Notes: generated from the letters alone by a model not told the origin. DNA of 64,000 bases from Polyangiales bacterium (GCA_038231275.1 JBBRLQ010000004.1:1-64000); one strand, 5' to 3'; shown: positions 9,065-18,612, numbered from the stretch's first letter. Translations and numbers: made by a program.

Positions 9065-11315
9065 CCTCGATCTCCTCGAGCCCGGCGCGGAGGCGTTGGA
9101 ACGCGTCGAGCGCCGGCGCGAGCGCGTCCTTGTCCGGCGAGAGATCGTCCTTTTCGCCTGGATCGCTTGCCAGATCGAAGAGCTGGTATTGGTTCGCGCC
9201 GAAGTGGATGAGCTTTTTTCCCGGAGTGGGTCCGGTGATGATCCCTCGTCGCATCAGGTTGAAGGGGCCTGCGGGCATGTCGAAGTAGACGTCGCGCTCG
9301 ACGTACGCGTCGCCGTCCTTCGCGAACACGTCCGGCACGAGGCTCTGGCCTCGCAAGCGCGAATCGCCGGGGTGGCCCGAGACCTTCATGAGCGCGAGGA
9401 GCGTCGGCGCGACGTCGATGTGGCCGCGCTTCACGGGCACGTGATGCGGCGTGGTCCCCGGCACGTAGACGACGAGCGGCACATGGACGAGCGAATCCCA
9501 CAGCTCGATCCCGTGGAAATTCATGCCGTGCTCTGCGAACGCTTCGCCGTGGTCCGCGGTCACGACGATGGCCGTGCGCGCGCCCCACGACTGCGACGCG
9601 ACGTGATCGAGCACGCGGCCGACGTGGCTGTCCGTGAACCAGACCTCGTCGTCGTACGCCGCCTTCGCTGCGGCGGTCGTTCCCCTCTCGTCCCCGAGGA
9701 AATCCGGCGCGCCCGGGTGCGGCGAGTACTGCGCGTGCGGATCGAAGAAGTGGACCCACATGAAGAAGCGCTTCTCGGTGTTCTCGGCCTTCGACAAGAG
9801 GCGGATCGTCGCGTCGGCGAGCCCCTTGCTCGTCACCGACGTGTCGGTGTCCCCCTGCCCTTCGCCGGGCTTCGCGCTGAGATCCCAGGTGTCGATCCCC
9901 TGCGCGAGGCCGAACCATCGGTTGAAGTACCAGTGCGACGCGGCGCCCATCGTCACGATGCCGTCGGCCTTCATGCGCTCGGCCGTGAAGACGTTGGCGG
10001 CGGCGTAGGTGTTGAAGTGCCCACCGTCGCGGAGCGTCTCGTTCGGGTAGAGGCCGATGAACATCGGCGCGAGGCTCTTGCCGGTGTACGACGCCATCGC
10101 GTACGCGCGGTCGAAGACGACGCTCTTCTTCGCGAGGCGATCGAGGTTGGGCGTCGTGTCCTTCGGGTAGCCCATGAAGCCTACGTCGGTGCGGAGCGTG
10201 TCGACCGTGATGACGATCAGGTTCAGATCGTCGGGGAGGAGCGCGCTCGGCGGAGGCGGAGGCGGGGGAGGAGGAGGAGGCAGCGCCAGGATGGTGTCGG
10301 CGCCCGAGCAGTCCTCGTCGAGGCCGTTGCCGGGGACGTCGACGGCGCTCGGGTGAATCTTCGGGTTGCGGTCGTCGCAATCGCCGCCGGCGAAGAGGCC
10401 GGACGCGCCGTCGCGATCACGGTCGGTCGCCGCGCGCGCGGCCGCCAGCGCGATCTTTCCGAGGGGCGCGTACCTCTCGACGGCGCGGGCGACGTGCGGT
10501 CGCGTCTCCAGCGCGCGGGCCTCCACGGCGGTGAAGAGGAGCGGCACGAAGGCCACGAGCGCCGCGACGACGGGCAGCACCGCGCCGCGTCTTCCGCGCA
10601 GGGCCACCGGCGCCCAGTACGCGCCGGCCGCGATGACGAGGAGGTTCGCGACGGGCCTCAGATCGAGCTCGCGACGCTTCATGACCCCAAAGATGCCGAG
10701 CGGCCACGCGCCGTCTCCCCCCGTATCCCCGAGGGCGACGCCGACCGCCAGCGCTAGGAGAGCCACGACGAGCGCGACGCCGCCCGTCGTCACCGGATCG
10801 ATCAGGCGCGTCGTCCCCTCCGCGCCCGCGGCGAGCATGCGTCGCGCGAGAGGCAGCGCCGCGAGCCCGATCGCGACGAAGACAGCGAGCGCCGCGACAG
10901 ACGCAACGGCGAGCTCGAGCCCGGAAGCGATCGGCCCGCCGTGGGCCAGCCCTGCGCGCGCGAGGTGGGCCGAAGCGAGCGTCCACGCGAAGCCCACCAT
11001 CACCGCGAGCGGCCAGAGCGCCGCCGTGCGCGAGCGCGTCAGAACTGGCTCTTCACGCACGCGCGCGAGGTGCTCGAACGGCGTGCGTGGAAGGCCGGGC
11101 TCGAGGAACAGGTGCAGCGATGCAACGATCAGCGACAAGACGATCGCGAGAGGCGCGAGCACGGACATGTCCGCGAAGAAGAGCTGAGGCAACGTCGGCG
11201 TGTACGTCCCCGTCGCTTGGGCGAGCGCCGCGCGCGCCTCGACCGCCGCGACGACGATCGCGCCGATCATCCCGCCAGCGAGCGCATGGCTCGAACGTTT
11301 CAGCTCCTCGTTCAC
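9036..11315 (-). CDS. Multi-TM alkaline-phosphatase/sulfatase-superfamily enzyme with putative metal-binding repeat
   Basis: Several N-terminal TM helices; DRDRDG..GDCDD.NP.IHP..GNGLDEDC motif; poly-Pro linker; ITVDTLR, HFFDPH, TADHGE. Confidence 0.88.
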   Translation of the reverse strand: MNEELKRSSHALAGGMIGAIVVAAVEARAALAQATGTYTPTLPQLFFADMSVLAPLAIVLSLIVASLHLFLEPGLPRTPFEHLARVREEPVLTRSRTAALWPLAVMVGFAWTLASAHLARAGLAHGGPIASGLELAVASVAALAVFVAIGLAALPLARRMLAAGAEGTTRLIDPVTTGGVALVVALLALAVGVALGDTGGDGAWPLGIFGVMKRRELDLRPVANLLVIAAGAYWAPVALRGRRGAVLPVVAALVAFVPLLFTAVEARALETRPHVARAVERYAPLGKIALAAARAATDRDRDGASGLFAGGDCDDRNPKIHPSAVDVPGNGLDEDCSGADTILALPPPPPPPPPPPSALLPDDLNLIVITVDTLRTDVGFMGYPKDTTPNLDRLAKKSVVFDRAYAMASYTGKSLAPMFIGLYPNETLRDGGHFNTYAAANVFTAERMKADGIVTMGAASHWYFNRWFGLAQGIDTWDLSAKPGEGQGDTDTSVTSKGLADATIRLLSKAENTEKRFFMWVHFFDPHAQYSPHPGAPDFLGDERGTTAAAKAAYDDEVWFTDSHVGRVLDHVASQSWGARTAIVVTADHGEAFAEHGMNFHGIELWDSLVHVPLVVYVPGTTPHHVPVKRGHIDVAPTLLALMKVSGHPGDSRLRGQSLVPDVFAKDGDAYVERDVYFDMPAGPFNLMRRGIITGPTPGKKLIHFGANQYQLFDLASDPGEKDDLSPDKDALAPALDAFQRLRAGLEEIEVKPENANLQ

Positions 11316-11331
11316 GGCGATGAGGGCTTCT

Positions 11332-12255
11332 CTACCCTTTTTTCTGGCTCTTCGCGAGGGGGTGCGCCGCGTCGTACACCTTCATGAGGTGCTCCATCGA
11401 CACGTGCGTGTACCGCTGCGTCGTGGAGAGCGACGCGTGGCCGAGGAGCTCCTGGATGGCACGCAGGTCTGCGCCTCCGTCGAGCAAATGTGTCGCGCAC
11501 GTGTGACGTAGGGCGTGCGGGTGCAGATCGGCGCGCCCTGCGCCCAGGGCACCGTAGCGGTGGACGAGCTCCTGCACGGCGCGCACGCCGAGGCGGCGAC
11601 CTCGCACGGAGAGGAAGAGGGCCCGTTCGTCGAGCGCCCCGGTGCGCGGATGCCTTAGCTCTTCGCGCCGCGCGACGTACGCGGCAAGGGCCTCGACGCA
11701 TTTGCGCCCGAGCGGCGCGACGCGCTCCTTGTTTCCCTTGCCGAGGACGCGCACGGTGGCCTCCCGCAGGTCGATGTCGAGCGGCGCCAGACGCGCCAGC
11801 TCGCCCACGCGGAGGCCGGAGCCGTAGAGGAGCTCCAGGATCGCGCGATCGCGCACGCCTGCGGCCTCCGCGGTGTCCGGCGCCTCGACGACCTCCTTCG
11901 CGGCGTCGACACCGAGGAACGTCGGTAGCGGGCGCCGGACCTTCGGCGTGGCGAGCTGATCGGCCGGGCTCTCCTCGAGGTGACCGCGCCGCCGCATCCA
12001 CCGCATCCACGTGCGCGCCGCCGCGATCTTGCGCGCCACCGAGCTCGCCGCCATCGTCCGCGAGAGCTGCCCCAGCCACCCGCGCAAGAGGTACACGTCG
12101 AGCCCGCGCGCGTCGGCGAGGCGCGGCGATTTCTCGCGCGCGAACGCCACGAGGCTCATCAGGTCGCGCTCGTATGCCGCGACCGTGTGCGGCGACGCGC
12201 GACGCTCCGTCCGGAGATGCGTCACGAACGCGCTCACGGCCTCCTCTGGCTTCAC
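11332..12255 (-). CDS. xerC: Tyrosine recombinase XerC
   Basis: ASPHTVAAY..D N-terminus; LYGSGLRV, GKGNKER, HALRH, LLGH, TQRYTH catalytic set. Confidence 0.9.
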   Translation of the reverse strand: MKPEEAVSAFVTHLRTERRASPHTVAAYERDLMSLVAFAREKSPRLADARGLDVYLLRGWLGQLSRTMAASSVARKIAAARTWMRWMRRRGHLEESPADQLATPKVRRPLPTFLGVDAAKEVVEAPDTAEAAGVRDRAILELLYGSGLRVGELARLAPLDIDLREATVRVLGKGNKERVAPLGRKCVEALAAYVARREELRHPRTGALDERALFLSVRGRRLGVRAVQELVHRYGALGAGRADLHPHALRHTCATHLLDGGADLRAIQELLGHASLSTTQRYTHVSMEHLMKVYDAAHPLAKSQKKG

Positions 12256-12333
12256 ACCTCGAGAGCTAGCACGCAGCCCTCACGCGTCGGAGTTTCCGGC
12301 GGGCGGGACGCGCTGGGGTACGCTCGACGCGTC

Positions 12334-12810
12334 GTGCGCTTCCTGTCGACTCCCTTCCGCAAGCTGCGCGCTCTGTGGGTTCGCGCGAAGAACGAGCGCG
12401 CGAGCCCGAAGCAGATCGGCTGGGCGGTGGGCGTGGGTGTCTTCTTGGGCTGCTCGCCCGCGATCGGATTCCACGGCGGCCTCGCCGTCGTCGCGGCGAC
12501 CCTATTTCGCCTGAACCGTTTGTGGTGCTGGCTCGGTTCGCGGTCGAGCAACATCTTCATCATTCCGTTTCTCGCCGCCGCGCAGGTCGAGGTCGCGCAT
12601 CGCATCCGCACCGGCGCGTGGGTCGCGTTCGACCGCAGTCGCATGCTCGAGGAGGCGACGGCGCTCCTGCTCGACTGGTTCCTCGGGATGATCCCGGTCG
12701 GCTTTCCGCTCTCGGTCGCGCTGGGATTCGCAGCGTACGCGTGGGCGCGCCGGCGGACGCGCCTGAAGGATGAGCGTCAAAGGCAGGGCGGCGGCTTGCA
12801 GGAGCAGTAG
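12334..12810 (+). CDS. DUF2062-like membrane protein
   Basis: SPKQIGWAVGVGVFLG..P..G motif, FRLN, several hydrophobic segments; GTG 12334 chosen. Confidence 0.75.
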   Translation: MRFLSTPFRKLRALWVRAKNERASPKQIGWAVGVGVFLGCSPAIGFHGGLAVVAATLFRLNRLWCWLGSRSSNIFIIPFLAAAQVEVAHRIRTGAWVAFDRSRMLEEATALLLDWFLGMIPVGFPLSVALGFAAYAWARRRTRLKDERQRQGGGLQEQ

Positions 12811-13856
12811 TTGTTGGAGCAAAAACCGCCGGCGCAAGGGCACACGCCGTCCAGGCCGCACGACGTGTTGCACGTGTACGCCGTCCCGCAGTTGTCGGTC
12901 ACCTGAATGCCGCCGCACCTCGTGCCGCAGGGATTGCCGGTCGACGTGCACCCGCAGCCGTTTGTCCCGGCGCCGCCGCCGCCGCAGGTGTTCGGCGCCG
13001 CGCACGTATTGGGGCACGTCACCGCCTGACCGCAGTTGTTCGTCGCAGGTCCGCAGGCCTTGCCGGCGCACGTCGTGGCGAGCGCCTCTGGTGTGCAGCA
13101 GCTCGTGCCGACGCACACGACCCCGGCGGTGCACGCCTGTGGGCAGCCCACCGTTTGGCCGCAGTTGTTGGTGACCGATACGCCGCCGCAGCGCCCGACG
13201 CACGCCTTGCCGTCGTCGACGCAGCACACGCCGCCCGCGAGGCAGATCGCGCCGGTGATGGCGCACTGGCCGCCGTTGCCGCACGCGACGGTCTGGCCGC
13301 AGTTGTTCACCGCGGAGCCGCACGCCTTGCCGGCGCACGTCGTCGTGTCGGACTGAGGATCGCACCCGCACGCGCCCTTCGCGCTGCACGTGAGACCCGA
13401 GTCGGCGCCGCAGCCGCCGCAGTCGACGCTCTGCGCGCAGTTGTTCACGCTGGGCCCGCAGCGGTTCGTGCACCAGTTGGCCTGCGGCACGCACTGGCAG
13501 AGGCCGGCGGAGCAGGTCTGGCCGAGACCGCAGTCGGTCGAGCACTTTCGCGCGCCGCCGCAGTTGTCGACGACGTCGCCGCATTTGCCTTTGCACACGA
13601 CGGCGTTCGGATCCGGCGTGCACGAGCTCGCCTCGACGGCGCCGTCGACGAGGCCGGGCGGTCCACCATCGTCGCCGGGGAGCGGACCGCCGTCGATCTG
13701 CGCGTCGCCGAGGGGCACCGACCCGTCTTGCGACCCGACCGAGTCGCCCTGCGGATGGACGTCCCCGAAGTCGACGCCCGCGATGACGCTGCACGCCGAC
13801 AGGACGGCGAGCAGAACCGCGGCCGCGACGCGCTTCGGGAGGGCTCCTCGGGTCAT
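12777..13856 (-). CDS. Cys-rich repeat lipoprotein
   Basis: Lipobox VLSAC; six C-x2-[KR]-x(0,1)-CG-x(3,5)-[ND]NC modules. Confidence 0.8.
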   Translation of the reverse strand: MTRGALPKRVAAAVLLAVLSACSVIAGVDFGDVHPQGDSVGSQDGSVPLGDAQIDGGPLPGDDGGPPGLVDGAVEASSCTPDPNAVVCKGKCGDVVDNCGGARKCSTDCGLGQTCSAGLCQCVPQANWCTNRCGPSVNNCAQSVDCGGCGADSGLTCSAKGACGCDPQSDTTTCAGKACGSAVNNCGQTVACGNGGQCAITGAICLAGGVCCVDDGKACVGRCGGVSVTNNCGQTVGCPQACTAGVVCVGTSCCTPEALATTCAGKACGPATNNCGQAVTCPNTCAAPNTCGGGGAGTNGCGCTSTGNPCGTRCGGIQVTDNCGTAYTCNTSCGLDGVCPCAGGFCSNNYCSCKPPPCL

Positions 13857-13866
13857 CGGTTCGAGC

Positions 13867-15186
13867 TCACGCCGCGCAGGCGTGCTCGACCTCCTTCACG
13901 GTCTTGGGGATCGACGCTGTGAGGTTGTCGGGGGCGCCTTCGGTGACGAGGATGTCGTCCTCGATGCGCACGCCGATGCCGCGCCACTCGGCGGGCACCT
14001 TCTCGTTGTCCTTCGCGATGTAGATGCCCGGCTCCACCGTCAGCACCATGCCCGGCGCGAGCGGGCGCGCCTTGCCGCCGACGTAGTACCCGCCGACGTC
14101 GTGCACATCCATGCCGAGCCAGTGGCTCGTGCGATGCATGTAAAACGGTTTGTAAGCCTCTGTTTCAATGAGTTTATCTACGTCGCCTTGCAAGAGCCCG
14201 AGGCGCACGAGGCCGCGCGTGATGACCTCCACGGTCTCCTTGTGGATCCCGTCGAGCGTCGCCCCTTTCACGGTGCGCTCGATGCCCATCTCCTGCGCCT
14301 CGAGGACCAGCTCGTAGATCGCCTGCTGCTCGCGTGTGAACTTGCCGCTGATCGGGAACGTGCGCGTGACGTCGGCGGCGTAGTAGTCGAGCTCGCATCC
14401 CGCATCGATGAGGAGGAGCTCGTTCGCTTCCATCTTGCGGTTGTTCGAGCGGTAGTGGAGGACCGTCGCGTTCGCGCCGGAGCCGACGATGCTCCCGTAC
14501 GCCGGACGCTCCGATCCGCTTCGGCGAAACGTCTCCAGGAGGAGCGCCTCGACCTCGTACTCGTGCATGCCGGGCTTGGCCTGGGCCATCGCCTTCAGGT
14601 GGGCGTCGCGCGTCACCTTCGCGGCGTAGCGCATCGCCTCGAGGTCCTCGTCCGCCTTCAAGAGGCGCATCTCGTGGACGATCTGCGCGGGATCGGTGAC
14701 CTCGGTGGGCCACGTCACGCCGAGGCGCGCGCGGGCGCGGGTGCGATCGATCGCCTCGAGGACCTTGTCGTCGAACGGACGATCGCGGCCGAGGCGGTAA
14801 TACAGGCGCTGCGTGTTCGCCAGGAGCTTGGGCAGCTCGGTCGTGAGATCCGCGATCACGAACGCCTCGTCGGCGCCGAAGCGAGCCTTGGCGCCGTCGA
14901 CGCCCGCGCGCGGCCCGTCCCACGTCTCGCGCTCCGGATCGCGCGCCCGCACGAACATCGTCGCCTTGCGATCCTTGCCGGTGAGGACGAGGACGCTGTT
15001 CGGCTCGTCGTAGCCCGTGAGGTAAAAGAGGTCCGAGTCCTGGCGGTATTCGTGATCGACGTCGTTGTTGCGCGTGTAGACGGGCGCGGACGGAAACACC
15101 GCGACCGCGTTGTCCTGCGCGACGAGCGCGTCGAGGACAGCGGTTCGCCGCTTCTTGTAAAGCTCGGTGTGGAAGGGACAGATCAT
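13867..15186 (-). CDS. pepP: Xaa-Pro aminopeptidase
   Basis: YRQDSDLFYLTG, LHY, IDAG, ADVTRTFP, HWLGMDVHD, TVEPGIY, GVRIEDD; ATG 15186 with GGGAGA SD. Confidence 0.95.
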   Translation of the reverse strand: MICPFHTELYKKRRTAVLDALVAQDNAVAVFPSAPVYTRNNDVDHEYRQDSDLFYLTGYDEPNSVLVLTGKDRKATMFVRARDPERETWDGPRAGVDGAKARFGADEAFVIADLTTELPKLLANTQRLYYRLGRDRPFDDKVLEAIDRTRARARLGVTWPTEVTDPAQIVHEMRLLKADEDLEAMRYAAKVTRDAHLKAMAQAKPGMHEYEVEALLLETFRRSGSERPAYGSIVGSGANATVLHYRSNNRKMEANELLLIDAGCELDYYAADVTRTFPISGKFTREQQAIYELVLEAQEMGIERTVKGATLDGIHKETVEVITRGLVRLGLLQGDVDKLIETEAYKPFYMHRTSHWLGMDVHDVGGYYVGGKARPLAPGMVLTVEPGIYIAKDNEKVPAEWRGIGVRIEDDILVTEGAPDNLTASIPKTVKEVEHACAA

Positions 15187-15273
15187 GGTCTCCCAACGCT
15201 TGGCGAGGAGGGCGCGCGGGTCAAGCGTCGAGTTAGTTGGCCCACATGCACCTACACTGGGAAAATTGTCTTC

Positions 15274-15708
15274 ATGAGCGAACTTCCCCTCGAGCTGGAC
15301 CTGGATTTTGCACGCCCCGACGGAGGCCCCGATCGCCGTCGCAAGAGGAGCGCCGATCCTCTCGTCGCGCTCCACTACGCGCTGTCGGTCGCCCGAACCG
15401 AGGGAGAGATCGACGCGATCGTCCTCGCCGATCCGAGCGGGATCGTCGTCGCGGGCGCGGGATCGTGGGCGGTTTGCGAGGAGCTCGCCGCCTACGCGCC
15501 GCTCCTCATGCACCCAGAGCCGGTCGCGCAGGGGACGTCGACGCGCCTCGACGCGCTCCGCACCGAGGTCGAAGTGCGCGCGCTCGACGTGGCCGGACAA
15601 GAGGTCCTTCTGTGCGCGCGGGGGCCTTCGTGCCGCACCGGAACCATCCATCCGCACGTCACTCGCGCAGCCCAAGGGATCGACCGGATCCTGCGGGGTG
15701 TTGCGTAA
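15274..15708 (+). CDS. Hypothetical protein, possible roadblock/LC7-like fold
   Basis: helix-AIVLADPSGIVVAG-helix-strands-helix pattern; ATG 15274. Confidence 0.6.
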   Translation: MSELPLELDLDFARPDGGPDRRRKRSADPLVALHYALSVARTEGEIDAIVLADPSGIVVAGAGSWAVCEELAAYAPLLMHPEPVAQGTSTRLDALRTEVEVRALDVAGQEVLLCARGPSCRTGTIHPHVTRAAQGIDRILRGVA

Positions 15709-15735
15709 CCCTCGGAAAATCGCTACTTACCTCGC

Positions 15736-16317
15736 ATGGGCGACCGCGAGGACGGCAAACGACGACGGCTCGAGGGGGTAATCCCCGAGATCCTGAAGCG
15801 CGCCGTCGAAGCGGGCGTGAGCCAGGCCCAGCACGCGCCGGAGAACATCAAGACGTTCATCGGCGACCTGAAGGTGCCGAAGGAGATCGCGAGCTACCTC
15901 TTCGCGCAGGTGGACGAGACCAAAAATGGCCTCTTCCGCGTCGTCGCCAAGGAGATGCGCGATTTCCTCGAGCACACGAACATCGCCGGCGAGGCGCAGA
16001 AGCTCCTCACGACGGTGCAGTTCGAGGTCAACACCACGATCCGCTTTCGCCCCAACGAGCCGCGGCCGTCCGACGCAGACGCCGACGCCGACGCCGGCGA
16101 CCGCGAGCCGGGCACGCTGAGCAAGCCGGAGGTGAAGACCGAGGTGACGATGTCTCGCGCGGCCGCACGTGGCGCGCGCGAGCGACGACGACGCGACCGC
16201 GGAGGTCGCGGACCTGTTCCTCCTAGTGGGGGTGGGGGCGGGGGCGGCGGCGGCAGCGGAAACCCCAGCGGCGGAGACAGCGGCGGGGGAACTACATCCG
16301 GAGGAGACGAATCTTGA
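15736..16317 (+). CDS. Hypothetical helical protein with Gly/Ser low-complexity tail
   Basis: Protein-like composition over the first ~110 aa; TTGA overlap with the next gene. Confidence 0.7.
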   Translation: MGDREDGKRRRLEGVIPEILKRAVEAGVSQAQHAPENIKTFIGDLKVPKEIASYLFAQVDETKNGLFRVVAKEMRDFLEHTNIAGEAQKLLTTVQFEVNTTIRFRPNEPRPSDADADADAGDREPGTLSKPEVKTEVTMSRAAARGARERRRRDRGGRGPVPPSGGGGGGGGGSGNPSGGDSGGGTTSGGDES

Positions 16318-16793
16318 GCCCGAAGGCCCCGAAGACCGGCGGAGAGGTCGACAGCTACTGCACCAAGTGCAAGCTCGTTTTGAACCACCGCATCATCGCC
16401 ATGGTTGGACCCAGGCCCGTGAAGGTCGAGTGCAGCACGTGCAGCTCGCATCACAACTACCGCCCGGCTGCGCCCGGGGACGCCGCGACGAAGGCGCCGC
16501 GTGGGAGCGCAGGCGGTCTGGTCGTCACGCGCTCGACGACGCCGCGATCGTCGCGCGGGCCGACGAAGGCCGAGCAGGTCGTGCTCGATCGCGAGCGGAT
16601 GTGGGAGAAGGCCATCGCCGGCAAGGCGATGAGCGATTTCCGCGTGTACCGCGTGTCGCTGACGTTCCGCGAGGGCGATCTGATCCGCCACACGAAGTTC
16701 GGCGACGGCATCGTGACGCGGATCATCGACAACGCGAAGATCGAGATCCTCTTCAAGGACGAAGCGCGCACGCTGGCGCAGGGGCTCGTTTAG
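16314..16793 (+). CDS. Zinc-ribbon + Tudor-like domain protein
   Basis: CTKC...CSTC..HH; C-terminal FREGDLIRHTKFGDGIV resembles the UvrD/PcrA C-terminal Tudor domain. Confidence 0.75.
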   Translation: MSPKAPKTGGEVDSYCTKCKLVLNHRIIAMVGPRPVKVECSTCSSHHNYRPAAPGDAATKAPRGSAGGLVVTRSTTPRSSRGPTKAEQVVLDRERMWEKAIAGKAMSDFRVYRVSLTFREGDLIRHTKFGDGIVTRIIDNAKIEILFKDEARTLAQGLV

Positions 16794-16794
16794 G

Positions 16795-18594
16795 TCACGC
16801 GCGGCGCGCGGGGAGCTTCGCGGCCGCCTGCGTGGCGCGGGCCGCGAGGGCCGGCGCGCGCAACGCGAGGGCGCCGAGCGCGTCGTGCAGGTCATGGAGC
16901 GTCGCCGCGTCGGTCGTCGCGACATGCTCCACGGCGCGCGTCGCGCGTTCGAGGTGGAGCAGCGCTTCTTCTGGTGTCGCCGCGCTCTCGGACGCCCGGA
17001 CGCACCACGTGACGGCGCGCGCCGCGTCTCCGCCCGCCGCAGCCTCCGCGAAATGAACGGCGACCGCGTCGAGCGCCTCCCCTTCCGGTGAGGGCGTGCG
17101 CGAGAGGATCGCGTCACCTGCGGCGCCGTGCAGGCGCACGCGCTCGGCGACCGCGAGGCGACGATAGAGGACGTCGCGGACGAGGGCGTGCACGAAGCGG
17201 TGCTCGCCCGGGCGCGTGCCGCCGGGGATCTTGGCGACGATGCGCGCGCCGATCGCTTCGTCGAGGAGCGGCAGCAACGTCGCGGCGTCGGCGCCCGACG
17301 TCCCCGCGAGCGCGGCCATCGTGAACGTCCGCCCGAGCACCGCGGCGACGCCGAGCATCTGCGCGCACGCGGGGCCGAGCTCGCCGATGTGCAGTGCGAT
17401 CGCGTCGCGCATGACGTCGGTCGAGAGCATCGCGGACGTCGCCCCGGCGACCGCGCCGCCTGGGGAGTCCTGGCGTAGGCCGTGGAGTAGCTGCGTCACG
17501 AGCAGCGGATTGCCGTCGGTCTTGTCGAAGATTCGCGCGACCGCCTCGTCGGAGAGAGGGCGCCCGTGACGGAGCGCAGCGAGGCGCGCGACCTCGTCGC
17601 GCGAGAGACCACCGAGGACGACCGCGCGACGCGCATCGGCCCGCGCCAGCGCCCCCATCGTCCGCGCGAGCGCAGAGTCCGGGGCGCCCGACCCCCCCGA
17701 CGCAGAGCGGTACACGACGACGAGGAGAACCGCCGCCGCGCCCAGCTCGCGCGCGACGAGCTTCGTCAGCGCGAGGGAGCCGTCGTCGGCCCACTGCATG
17801 TCATCGAGGACGAGGAGCAGCGGCCGGCGCGCGGCGACCCCGCGTAGGAAGCGGGCCATCGCGTCGAAGAGGCGAAACTCCGCCTGCGCCGCCGCGTCCC
17901 CGGCCTCCTGCGCGAGCGCCGGCGGGGGCGCGTGGACCAGGGCCGCGAGATCCGCGTGGCGCGCCAGTTCGGCCCCGGCGTCGGCATCGCGCGCCAGCTC
18001 GCGGAGTGCCTGGATGAAGGGCCAAAGCGGTGGCGCGGCCGTCTGATCGTGACATCGAACGCTGATCACCCGATCGCCTGCGGCCGCGGCGCGCGTCGCG
18101 AGCTCCGTGACGAGGCGCGTCTTGCCCACGCCGGTCTCGCCGGTGACGAGCGCCCCGCCGCCGCGCCCGGCGCGCGCTTCTCGCGAGAGCCCTTCGAGCG
18201 TCCCGAGCGGCTCTGCGCGCCCAACGAGCTCTCCTTCTGCGGCACCCGGGACGGTGGCGGACGCCGGAACCCGGGCCGACTCCTTCGCTTCGACGACGGG
18301 AAGAATGAACCGATACCCGCGCGCGCGCACGGTCTGGATGATGCGCGGCTCGTCGGGATCATCGCCGAGCGCGCGACGCGCCGCGATGATCGCCTGCGCG
18401 AGCGCGGTGGGGCTCACCACCGTGCCGGGCCAAACCTCGTCGAGGAGCTCCTCTCGAGTGACGACCCGCTCGCGGGCCCGAACGAGGAGGAGCAGCACGT
18501 CGAGCGCTTGCGGCCGAAGCTGCACCGCGTGACCCCCGCGCCGAAGCTCGAAGATCGTGTCGTCGAGCTCGAAGTCGCCGAACACGTAGCGCAT
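16795..18594 (-). CDS. OmpR-type wHTH (Trans_reg_C) + AAA/STAND-like ATPase transcriptional regulator
   Basis: MRYVFGDFELD...REELLDEVW...IQTVRARGYRF; Walker A GETGVGKT; Walker B LVLDDMQWAD; GNPL; F.HALVRD; true start ATG 18594. Confidence 0.9.
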   Translation of the reverse strand: MRYVFGDFELDDTIFELRRGGHAVQLRPQALDVLLLLVRARERVVTREELLDEVWPGTVVSPTALAQAIIAARRALGDDPDEPRIIQTVRARGYRFILPVVEAKESARVPASATVPGAAEGELVGRAEPLGTLEGLSREARAGRGGGALVTGETGVGKTRLVTELATRAAAAGDRVISVRCHDQTAAPPLWPFIQALRELARDADAGAELARHADLAALVHAPPPALAQEAGDAAAQAEFRLFDAMARFLRGVAARRPLLLVLDDMQWADDGSLALTKLVARELGAAAVLLVVVYRSASGGSGAPDSALARTMGALARADARRAVVLGGLSRDEVARLAALRHGRPLSDEAVARIFDKTDGNPLLVTQLLHGLRQDSPGGAVAGATSAMLSTDVMRDAIALHIGELGPACAQMLGVAAVLGRTFTMAALAGTSGADAATLLPLLDEAIGARIVAKIPGGTRPGEHRFVHALVRDVLYRRLAVAERVRLHGAAGDAILSRTPSPEGEALDAVAVHFAEAAAGGDAARAVTWCVRASESAATPEEALLHLERATRAVEHVATTDAATLHDLHDALGALALRAPALAARATQAAAKLPARRA

Positions 18595-18602
18595 CCGGGC
18601 CC

Positions 18603-18612
18603 ATGATACCCT
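18603..18612. promoter_or_regulatory. Overlapping divergent -10 elements (leaderless starts)
   Basis: + strand TGA-TACCCT-N6-GTG(18619); - strand TATCAT-N8-ATG(18594); intergenic gap only 24 bp. Confidence 0.55.

Noticed and set aside
10247-10281. GGA/GGC micro-repeat
   Set aside because: Encodes the poly-Pro linker of the sulfatase-fold protein with mixed codons
11332-12255. Tyrosine recombinase as a prophage/island integrase
   Set aside because: Size and motifs match housekeeping XerC; no att repeats, tRNA or phage genes seen nearby
16228-16253. G-rich tract (three G5 runs) as a G-quadruplex or phase-variable tract
   Set aside because: Explained by poly-Gly codons in a low-complexity tail; no other support
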